DNA of 50,155 nt, filler included, from Sphacelaria rigidula (Eukaryota), in NCBI GenBank assembly GCA_964200075.2. It is 9 parts of 9 records of this genome, joined end to end, with 100 filler letters (N's around TTAATTAATTAA, not from the genome) between each part and the next. Parts side by side here need not be neighbours in the genome. Positions count along the whole stretch, not along the records: positions 22,337 to 27,820 come from CAXNAA020026948.1; positions 27,921 to 33,404 come from CAXNAA020026949.1; positions 33,505 to 38,988 come from CAXNAA020026950.1; 6 more parts are not named here. One strand, given 5' to 3'. Each line of letters opens with the position of its first letter. Position 1 is the stretch's first letter. Positions 24,085 to 34,139 of this stretch are shown piece by piece. The translations under genes were made by a program, and so were the position numbers. Below the pieces are notes generated by a model that ran no database searches, was not told the origin of the DNA, and saw nothing but the letters and a program-made list of their open reading frames with translations.

Positions 24085-24336
24085 GAGTCATCCTACGATA
24101 GGGAGGGGGGGGGGTATTTGATTGCACGGAAAAACAGGCTGATAAGTGTGTCAGATGACCTGCAACACTCGCGATGCGCTTGTATTTGGTTCAAAACGGT
24201 GTCAATCGGTATGAATGAGCGTCATGTATCTATAACAAGCTCGTTCGAGCAACCGTTGCTGATTTCAGCGGCGATTTGCCTTGGAATTTCGTGCAAGAAG
24301 TGGCCCAAAATCCCCCCCCTTATCGAAGGGTGACTC
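24085..24336. mobile_element. MITE with GAG...CTC termini and 4-bp GATA TSD (Sola-like)
   Basis: TIRs GAGTCATCCTACGATAGGG / CCCTTATCGAAGGGTGACTC; GATA at 24081-24084 and 24337-24340. Confidence 0.75.
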
Positions 24337-24960
24337 GATACTTTGATGATGATTCAAGAGATATTCCGATGAACGTGATTGTACCGAAGCCAGGATGTGC
24401 AGGAGGGGTATGGGAGGGGAACGCGAAGTCGGTGAAGAAGCTGGAGATGGTACAGATGACAGCAGCTAAGTAAATACTTGAAAGCTCAAGATCAAAAAGT
24501 AATACATCACTGAGAGCAGACGTGGGAATGTACTCACTTGCAACCAATAGAGACACGAGAAAATTTATATGACAATAAAGCGCAAGGAATATGCCAAGAA
24601 AAAAGAGATGGTCAGCCATAGCTGATAGAGCCGTATGGAAGGAAGTGACAAAAGGGCAGGCTGGAGTAAGGTGGGATAGCGTAGTCGAGAACGCAGTATG
24701 GAAGGACATTAGAAGAAACCACGACGAGATCATGTCCATAGGTGAATGCAGGCGGTACGAGACAAGAGACAAGATGCATGATAGAAATAAGGAGGGGAAA
24801 AGCGCTAAGACGGAAAGACTGATGATGGTGTCGCGATAGCCCCTCCCAGAAAAGTAGCTGGTTTGAGGGGGCAAAACCTATATGCAAACCAAAAATACCA
24901 AAAAAAACGAGCACTCCGAGTGGCTGAGAACTGCCGCGCTCGCGATCGTTTTTCCCAGTT

Positions 24961-27108
24961 ACAAGGGATCTTATAAATCGGGGATGGATTATTTATTGGG
25001 AATAAAAACTCGGAGATTTAAAATCTTCATATCCACACCAAATCTTCGAAGTATGCTTCCATTTCTTCACTTGCAGGTAGCTATTGACAACAACTACACG
25101 CCATACAAATTTAGATTCCGATATCCGGAATGTCGGGGTCCGTGGTAAAAACAATTTTGGTGTCCGATTGGATCACCTAAATCCCTCAAGTTATTTTCAT
25201 CGAGGACCCCAACAATTCCATTGTCGAAACCCAAATTTGTATGGCGTGTAGTAGTTGTCAATAGCTACCAGCAAGTGAAGAAATGGAAGCATACTTCGAA
25301 GATTTTGTGTGGATACGAAGATTTTACTTCTCCGGGTTCTCATCCCCAATAAATAATCCAAGGGTAGGTCGAGTAGAGTATACTCAATACTCAGTATTTC
25401 TAAAGAGTCATACTTTTAGTACTCGAGAATTGAGTAAAGTATTTGAGACCATACTCAACCAACTCAATTATTCGAGTAGAGTATTTGAGATCATACTCAG
25501 TCCACTCGAAATTTGAGTAGAGTATTGAGGCCATACTCAAATGATACTCTATACTCAAGTATTACTGAGAGTGCTTACTCAATATTTGCGTAGAGTATTC
25601 GAGGTCGTGCTCGATCTACTCAAGAATTGAGTGGAGTATTTGAGACTATACTCAACGCACTCAAAATTTGATTTGGGTATTTGAAACCATACTCAACCTA
25701 CTCGAAATTTGAGTAAAGTATTGAGGTCATACTCAAGTGATACTCTATACTCAAGTATTACTCAGAGTGCTTACTCAATATTTGCGTAGAGTATTGGAGG
25801 TCGTACTCGATCTACTCGAGAATTGAGTAGAGTATTGGAGGTCGTACTCGATCTACTCAAAATTTGAGTGGAGTATTTGAAACCATACTCAACCTACTCG
25901 AAATTTGAGTGGCGTATTGAGATCATGCTGAAGTGATACTCTATACTCAAGTATTATTGAGAATGCTTACTTAATATTTGCGTAGAGTATTCGAGGTCGT
26001 ACTCGATCTACTCAAACTTTGGGTAGAGTATTGGAGGCCGTACTCTCAACGTACTCAAAATTTGAGTTGAGTATTGGAGGCCGTACTGAACCTACTCAAA
26101 ATTTGAGTAGATTATCTGAGGTCGTACTCGACCTACTCAAACTTTGAATGGAGTATCTGAGGCCGGATCCGATGTACCGAAAACCTACAACTTCAACTTC
26201 AATATTCCAGTTCGTACGCAAGATACTCAAACTCGGGTAGAGGAAATACCGAGATATTCCTAGAATTGACCACCCATCATCAACTCTATGTGGCCAGTAG
26301 AGTCGCTCATTTTCATGATACCTTCTCGACTACTCTTTTACTCGATTACTCGATGATGATGAGTAGCGCTCTGTACTGAATATTATATCGAGGGCGTTGC
26401 GAAGTATCGAGTATGAACTGCCATGGGTGGGGGCTGGTGAGAATGAGACGCTGGGGCAGGTAGGTTCGTTCACCTGCACGCTTTTTGATTTTTTTATGGC
26501 CATCATTCGCTCATACTCCTTGTTGGCTGTAATGTAACGCCGCCCGTATAATTGATGGCCATCGTTCGCCCAGGCATTCAACATAGTCTGTGAAGTGACG
26601 TCACGAAGTCGTCGACTGTCAGGGGTACTCACCATACCCCAGGGGTAGTCTATACTCAAGTATTACTGAGAGTGCTTACTCAATATTTGAGGAGAGTCTT
26701 TGAGGTCGTACTCGATCTACTCAAAATTTGAGTCCAGTATTTGGGACCATACTCAACCTGCTCAAGATTCGAATAGAATATTTGAGGCCGTACTCGACGT
26801 AATCGAAAATTGAGTAGAGTATTGAGGTCATACTCAAGTGATGCTCTATACTCAAGTATTACTGAGAGTACTTACTCAATATTTGAGTAGAGTATTTGAG
26901 GTCGTACTCGACCTACTCAAACTTTGAGTAGAGAATCGGGACCGTACTTGACCTACTCAAAATTTGAGTAGAGTTTTTAGGCCGCACTCGACCTACTCAA
27001 ACGTCGAGTAGAGTAAATACTTGACTATTTTACTCGAGTACTCGAAAGTACATACTCTACTCGGCCTACCCTTGAAATAATCCATCCCCGCTTTGTAAAA
27101 TCCCGTGT
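24961..27108. mobile_element. ~420-bp foldback element (arms 24961-25150 and 25190-25358 plus 27083-27108), split by the hAT insertion
   Basis: CTTCGAAGTATGCTTCCATTTCTTCACTTGC...CTATTGACAAC.ACTACACGCCATACAAATTT is inverted at 25233-25302. The right arm resumes CATCCCCG after the hAT. Confidence 0.8.
25359..27074. mobile_element. Non-autonomous hAT-type DNA transposon filled with TACTC-rich tandem subrepeats
   Basis: 23-bp TIRs CAAGGGTAGG(T/C)CGAGTAGAGTAT; perfect 8-bp TSD AAATAATC at 25351-25358 and 27075-27082. Confidence 0.9.
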
Positions 27109-28409
27109 TCAATGTCGCCCATATAAGGCGCTTCATGCTGTCTGAAACAAGCTACCATGCACTATCCCCGTATTCTTCGTGACAGGTTTGGAGCTGGTTT
27201 GGGGAGGAACTATCGCGGCATCGCTCGAAAGTAGACCAGGGAGAGCACCTGAAGATATACGGGGGACTGAGAGAGGGGATAGGGATGGAAACATGTCTTC
27301 ATGACACAAAGGACTGCGAAAACGTTGGCGTTGCGATTGTGGGTGGGGGACCCGAACCAGCCGGAAAGGAAAAAAGTGTAAAGTATACCACTAGTCAAGT
27401 GGAAGAGGAAGTCCATCCACAGGACTTCCCCTGTGGCAAAGCGAAAAAGAGCAGAACTCACGTCGTGGAGAATGTGAACTGTACAAGGAGGAACGGGAAG
27501 TGTGAGACAGAGAAATGTGGGAAGCAAATGAAGGGTGGTATGAAAATCGTTTGGTACATTAGACAAAAGCGAAAAAACGATCGCTATACTAGGAGATAGA
27601 TGGTGGCCACGGACGGCGAAGCGGGAAGGGGATGGTATATCAAAAAGGGCGTGATGAATGCCAAATGTTGGAGGTGTCTCTATCAGGAGTACGCACGGAT
27701 GCGTGGTCAACAGTCGAACGACTAAGGCAAGCATCAAATCAGTACAAAGCAACCTGCCCGCCCCCACCAACACCCCTCCCCCCCCGCTCACCCTCTCTGT
27801 ACGGCCAGAATGTCGTTGTGNNNNNNNNNNNNNNNNNNNNNNNNNNNNNNNNNNNNNNNNNNNNTTAATTAATTAANNNNNNNNNNNNNNNNNNNNNNNN
27901 NNNNNNNNNNNNNNNNNNNNTTTGTACCAGCTTCTATCCTTCAAGATCTCAACAAGTCTAGGTACCGCTTGGTGCTCCTTCTCGTAGGTCATGTGGTCGG
28001 TCATCGGTGAGGTCTTTGTTTCATGAATACAGTAGGTGTCTTGGTCTTCACGTTAATGTCATGCATTATCTACCCCTTCCCTTCATTAGACACCCTTGCA
28101 CCTAATCTCGAAAATTTCACGGAATATCCGACCACGTTTCCACCGCCTAATGGAAACCGGTTAGGGTTTCGGGTATCTCACCACGAGAGCCCAACCTCCA
28201 CGTGAATTTGACATGTCTGGGGTGATGCCCCTACCCTATCCGTACGCGTTATATCCCTTGTATTCTCCATTTGCATGTAACGTGGTCAACCTTCACGCTA
28301 TTGCTTACACGTCTAGGTTTTGGTCATATTCTTGTCTTACCTTTATGATGATATGGGGGAAGGATCTCGGTTGTTTTCTGTTTTGACAAGGAAAAACAGA
28401 ACTGTTTTC

Positions 28410-28900
28410 TCGCTATTTCACGTCTATATCCGTGCTGTGTTATGGTGGGTTAACCAAAAAGGAGGTTAGCTTCTCTATTTCATGTCTATATCCAGCCTGT
28501 ATCATGGTAGGTCAAAGAAAAAGGATGGTTAGCTTCTTCATTTCACGTCTATATCCGGGTTGTGTTATGGTAGGCTAAATGAAAAGAATTGTTAGCTTCT
28601 TTGTCTCATGTCTATGTCCGGGCTGTGTTATGATAGCTTAAAGAAAAAGGACGGTTAGCTCCTTTGCTTTATCTCCATATCGGGCTGTATTATGATAGGT
28701 TGAAGAAAAATGATGATGAGCCGCCTTATTTCATGTCTATGTCCGGACTGTGTTACGATAGGGTAAAGAACAAGGAGGGTGAGCTTCGTTATTTCATGTC
28801 TATGTCCAGGCTGTGTTGTGACAGATGAAAGAAAAAGGATGGGTAGCTTCTTTATTTCATGTCTATGTCCGGGCTGTATTATGGTAACGGATAAAACCAG
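28410..28900 (+). repeat. Minisatellite, ~8 copies of a ~62-63-bp unit
   Basis: Unit ATTTCATGTCTATGTCCGGGCTGTGTTATG.TAGG..AAAGAAAAAGGA.GGTTAGCTTC starts near 28415, 28477, 28540, 28602, 28728, 28791 and 28854. Confidence 0.85.
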
Positions 28901-29999
28901 AACGCAGAAAGAGGGAAAAACAAAATGGAGAAAGGGGAAACCGAAAAAGGAAGAGAAGAGAAAAGGAGAATAAAGGAAGAGGAGAATAAAGGAAGAGAAC
29001 AAGGAAAAGGAAGGAGTAAAATCAGCAAGGAAGAAAAAACGATCAGCGTTGTTATATCGTGTCTATATCCATTTTTCGTTTTTCTGCGGAAGAACAAAAT
29101 TGGTTATTCAGGTTGTCGCATGTCTAGTGCGCCTGTCGGTCCGGGACTTTATTTTCTCAGGTGGCGGTCTCTGGTATATGTACGGTGACAATCTGTACAT
29201 TTGACACTTTTAACGATAGCCCCACCCCAAAACGTGCATGGTTTTTGGAGGCAAAATCTTCACGTAAATCGAAATGGGAAGAGTCGAGCACAACGAAAAG
29301 CTGGGAATTCCCACGCTTGGGTTCCTCCTAGCCAATGTCGCCAATGTGAGGCGCTTCATGCAGCCTGAACCACCCGAACATCAGGCGCTGTATGGCTATT
29401 TGTTTCGTGACACTTTTAGCTGTTTTTTGAGGGGGGTTGTCGTAGAAAGTGTCATTTCATGTCGAGGTTCTGGTGACTTGTTTTACAGCGCCGTTGCGAC
29501 TCGACGCCAACCCAAGAGTCCTCGGAGGGAGGGGAATTTCCGGATCATGTAGTCTCCGAGGAGCGTGAACGGGACGGGGATGAGCGGTCGAAACCTGGGC
29601 AGGGATCAGACAACGACGACGGCTAAAACACAGTGGAGCAGCCACCTGTGTCGCCTACGTCGTCCATATCGTCTACACCGTTGTCCGATCGTCATTCGTC
29701 GGAGACGCCGTCAGTCGGTGGCGGGGATGCCGCGAACCAACCAGATTCGGTTGACCCGACGCTTGGCCGGATCAGGCAGTAGACACGAATGCTACAGCAA
29801 CAACGCCAAGGACAGCGACTGCATCAACGCGTTCCTGATCTGATATACTGCAGCAAAGAAGTGATCAAACTGCATTGTGGGCGTCGACGGTGGATCTGTG
29901 GGCCACGGATCGGATTCTGGCTCTGCTGGCCGGCACAAGCGACCCAGGAGCATCAGGGGAGTCTGAGTTGCAGTCGATTCCACATGTCACTCTTTATGA

Positions 30000-31524
30000 G
30001 ATTGAAGCAGCACCTCTGACGTTAAAGGATATATGTAATTCTCAGTTTAAAAAAGTGCGGATTGATGCAATGAGTAGGGATGTGGAAGGGTTGAAACTTA
30101 ACATGACGTGGTGGAACGTAACAACACGTGGACAGTTGTAGACTCACAGCCGAAGGGAGAGGAAACGATCGACTCCAAGTGGCTTTTTCAGTGGAAAACT
30201 GATTAACATGGATACGTCATGAAGGCAAAGGCTCGACTGGTGTTCATGTGTGATCGTTGAGAGATTGGCGGTATTACGATGTCTTCACCAGACCCTTTCT
30301 CCACAACCAACAGAGTAGCTGCTGCAGCAGCTTGTGCTGAGAGGAAAAACATTTTTCACTTTGACGTTGAGCAAGCTTTCGTTCGATCTGAGCTGAATGA
30401 TGAAGTGTTCATGCGTTTGTCGAGAGGTCTAGGTGAACCGTGAGGTACTGTCGCACACCTGAAGAAACCTTTGTACGGGATTCAAAAAGCGGCTAGAGAA
30501 TAGTCTGGTAAGCTGGGAAAAACTCTTGATGGCCTGGGTTTCGAGCAGAGTTTGGTCGACCAGTGCATCTACAGGTTCATAGAGAGGAGGTGAAGGTTCT
30601 GAGTGTGATTCATGTCGATGACACGTTCGTGGTGGGTGATGAGGCTTCGTGCACCAGGTTGGCTGCAGATCTCAACTGTCACTTTCCGAAGAAAACTCTT
30701 GGGAAATTGGTCCTGTATTCGGGATGCGAGCACAGGCACGACCTCGAGAAGGGTACTCCAACGGATTCTAGACAGGTTTCCCATCACTAGGACCGCCGCG
30801 ACCCATGTGTATGTCTCGCCTCCTTTCAAGGTTGATGAGGGAGAAGACCTCAGGGGGAGGTATCGCAAGGCAGTGGGATCGCTAACGTGGGTCTCGACCG
30901 ATGATCGCCCGGACATCGCCTATGCCGTGAGAGCTGCGTCCAGGCAAAACAAGAACCCGACACCGGAAGACTGGCGCAATATGTTGAGGATTTAGGAATA
31001 CCTGGAAACCGCGGTAGATTTAGGGATGCCGTCCGTTAAGGGCGCGGGCAACGAGTTGGTAGCGTGTGCAGATGCCGACTATGCGCAAATGTGAAGGTCG
31101 GTGTTCCTCCTCGGGAGGGGCAATACCTTTCTGTGGGGCTGTGGTCAAATTTTCTCGCGGACTTGGAAGAACGTGACGCTGTCTACGACATAGGCTGAGT
31201 ATATGGCGATGAGGGACGTGGTGAAGGACGCTCGTTTTGTGAAAGCAGTGCTGAAAGTCATGCAACCGCACGGGAAGGAGTTCTACATTCCAGTGACACT
31301 ATGCGAGCATAGCCAGAGGGGCATCCAGCTCGCTAATAATCCGCGAAGCTCCTACAACAGTATTAGCACATATATGTGCCTCATCATTTTTTGACGAAGC
31401 TAGTGTGCGAGCAGATTATTTGAGTGCAGTATGTGCCGTCATTTCAGCAACATGCCGATGTCTTGATAAAACCTTTGCCTATGAACTGTAGATACAATCG
31501 GAATGCTTTCATGAACATCAAGTA
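30000..31524 (+). pseudogene. Ty1/Copia retrotransposon pol, RT and RNase H, with stops and frameshifts
   Basis: PLTLKD...DAMSRDVEGLKLNMTW; IDSKWLFQWKTD*..KAKARLV; FDVEQAFV; LKKPLYGIQKAARE; IHVDD; YRKAVGSL...RPDIAYAV; ADADYA; AEYMAM; IQLANNP; QHADVLIKPL. Confidence 0.95.
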
Positions 31525-31820
31525 ACTTCGGCAACTTTATCGACTGAAGTATGAGTCTCGGACCCTGTATTGTTCCTACGTCAAGCTATGAACATTTTGA
31601 TTGAGATGCCGCGGCGAGGTTTAGCTTAGTGTGTAGCATTAGGGAGTAAAGTACATTTTCATGAAATCCGTGTCATAGCCGAGGCTTGATCGTATTTCGG
31701 TCATAACTTGGAGTCGATTTGTGTATCTAGGGGTTTTGTTTTTTAAGGCACCAAGTGTTCCGAACATTCTTGGAAGGGATGTTGAATTTATTTTTCGACA
31801 CGTGTTCAAGCTTTCAATGT

Positions 31821-32854
31821 AAAAAAATAGGGGGAGTCTTGATCATGTGGCAATTTGACTCATGGGGAAACAACGTAGGCTATGAGGTACCGTTTCGAGA
31901 TTGCCAGAAGAAAAGAGGGGACCTAAAGAGATGTACGTAAACAATAGTTGGTACCATGGAGATGCCTCCAACCCTAGCGCTAACCCTAACCCCAACCCCA
32001 ACCAAGGCATACCGAGAACCCTCGGGCAAGGGGAGTGCAAAGTGTTTATTTAGCAACGTGTGCGTTGCCAGAGCTCAAATCAATCCCTTTGAGCCGATTT
32101 TGAACCAAACCGCGTTCTGGACGAGCTGGATCTACTGCTTACCGCTGCTCACCTGCCCCAATTCATAATTTTTCTCATAACTTTCTTCAGGCTGAAATCA
32201 AGAAAAATCGAGTACCAACCATTGCTTACCTACGTTTCCTTATGTCTACTGGAAGAAAAGAGGTGACCTAAAGAAGAGTACGTAAACAATGGTCGGTACT
32301 ATGGAGATGCGAAGGAAATGCGGAAGGTTAGCTGATGGAAAAATGTACGGACGTTCACATGAATCGTCGGAATGTTCTTCGAGATGTGTTTTTGTTTTTG
32401 TCCCCATGTCAGCTAGGAAGGAATACAGAGTTGTCCTGTGATGAAAAGCACGGAGAGTTGTCTTGTGGTGTACGGTGCGCTTACGTAGGATGAAATAAAG
32501 GGCTACTTGTCATAGCATGCAAGGGCGCTGATGAATGTGCACCGCCGCATCTCTCGCCCTCATGTGATCAGGGTGTGTTTTCTCCTCTCTTATGCCGGTG
32601 GTACTGAACGTGATAATGAAGAAGCAATCTATATACCTTTGTTCACTCGATTTCCATCTCGACCATTATTGCTGTTGTGGGAGCTGCCTTGTGCTCTGGT
32701 TAAGCAGTCGGCGCTGCTTTGTCTAGTGTATGTCTAGTGTGTATCGACAAACGACTCCGTCGTAAGGAACTTTGTTGCACACACACAGTCACCTCTCTCC
32801 CAATACATAATGGGTTGCAGTGAAACAGACAACACTGTGTATTGATCAGCAACA
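31821..32854 (+). mobile_element. Polypurine tract (31821-31836) and probable 3' LTR (31837-32854) of the Copia element
   Basis: AAAAAAATAGGGGGAG ~300 nt after RNase H, followed by T(C)TTGATCA. A candidate end is TGATCAGCAACA. No second LTR is available to confirm. Confidence 0.5.
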
Positions 32855-34139
32855 GCTGCTGTAATACTAGGCGTGATGCGCTTGTGCTGTGGGTGTCTGT
32901 TCCTATTTTCTCGGACACGGTTGTTTAGGTGCAACGTGCTTCAGTCACGTGTTTCAGTCACGCCCGTTGAGATTTTTAGATCTGTTTCCGACTGCGTCCA
33001 GTGCCGAAAGAATTTCCCCTCTTCCAAGAAAGCCGGTTCGGGTTTCCTCCGTGATCCACGAAGCGGTCGTTGTGGGCAGGCAAGCTGCCTTGCTCGTTTT
33101 TTGGGGTCAAGCTATATTTACACGGACGTCCGTTTGAAGAGCAGTCAGCGTTCGCCACACGAGCTCTGTATGGACGCAGCAACACCTGAAATACAGTCGC
33201 ATAGTCAGTAGCCGTCGTTCAAGCCACCGCACTGCGCAGAAGGTTCCGGAGCGGACGAGAGATGTGCTTCGGCTGTCGTTGTGCTACATACAAAAGCTGC
33301 ACATCCCCGTCATGTGCTAGCATATCGTACTAAAACTTATAGCCTCTGCCAGACGATCTGGACAAGAGGGCTATTCAGTGAGGGACTTCTCCAGAATCCA
33401 CTGGNNNNNNNNNNNNNNNNNNNNNNNNNNNNNNNNNNNNNNNNNNNNTTAATTAATTAANNNNNNNNNNNNNNNNNNNNNNNNNNNNNNNNNNNNNNNN
33501 NNNNGGAGCCTCTGAACCAGACAAAATTTCGCGAAAAAAGTGCACCCCTACCGTAGCATTGCTCTGGTTTAGAGGTTGCCGGCCTTCGCGGTCTGCCTCT
33601 TCCGTAACACGATGCGCGCAGAAGTACACACTCGCACGTAGTCGACAAAAACAAAAAAACCTGTGTGAACAGAGGACGGTAGGTCTACCCCGATCACCCT
33701 ATCCGCAAATGAAACTGTCAGTACTGAACCCTCCGCAAGTAGGCTCTCAACTGCAACTTGGGTACCCCGGGGTAACGCAGAGATATCATTTTGAGTCAAA
33801 AGAAAGCCCACTTTCCCTATCCCTGCATTGTACTCTTAGGTACTTTGGTTGCCCGAGGCCTCGCTGTCTACCTTGCGTTAGGGGTGTGCTCCATCTCTAA
33901 GCGCCAATTTGTTTTGACAGAGAATAATGAGCCTATAAAAGATTACAATCTTTTGACATACTGCCGTACAGCGGGTACAGACTTAGGGTCCGAGCACACC
34001 GTGAGACCACCGACCAAGGACTAAATCAACACCGGTTACTAAAGTCGGGGATGCGTTAAGCCGAACAATTATAACAACAAGGTGGGACGCGATTGCAAAA
34101 ACCGTGCACGCGCGACCACACGAGGATAGTTTGTGCGGC

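Larger units (their letters stand above)
24834..27215. mobile_element. Non-autonomous TIR element (CGATAGCCCCTCCC...GGGAGGAACTATCG) hosting two nested insertions
   Basis: Inverted termini flanked by CG on both sides. The same left end recurs at ~29214 (CGATAGCCCCACCCCAAAA...GGCAAAA). Confidence 0.6.
22497..27745 (+). mobile_element. Decayed LINE ORF2 (RT to 3' end), interrupted by several insertions
   Basis: GKMWR...YFDISQEVKKGCTLSPTLLEVFIHDLI (22540-22700); LMFAGDSVG (decayed FADD) at 23590; VWEGNAKSVKKLEMVQMTAAK and ADRAVWKEVTKGQAGVRWDSVV (24400-24720); 3' zinc-knuckle and terminus at 27218-27745. Confidence 0.85.

Noticed and set aside
25359..27074. CRISPR or centromeric array
   Set aside because: There are no unique spacers, and the array is bounded by TIRs and an 8-bp TSD.
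27210..27791. 193-aa minus-strand ORF (and 184-aa ORF at 24320-24874)
   Set aside because: These are antisense shadows of the purine-rich LINE relic.
27921..28213. 5' LTR of the Copia element
   Set aside because: I found no similarity to 31837-32854. It may be a different LTR edge but this is unsupported.
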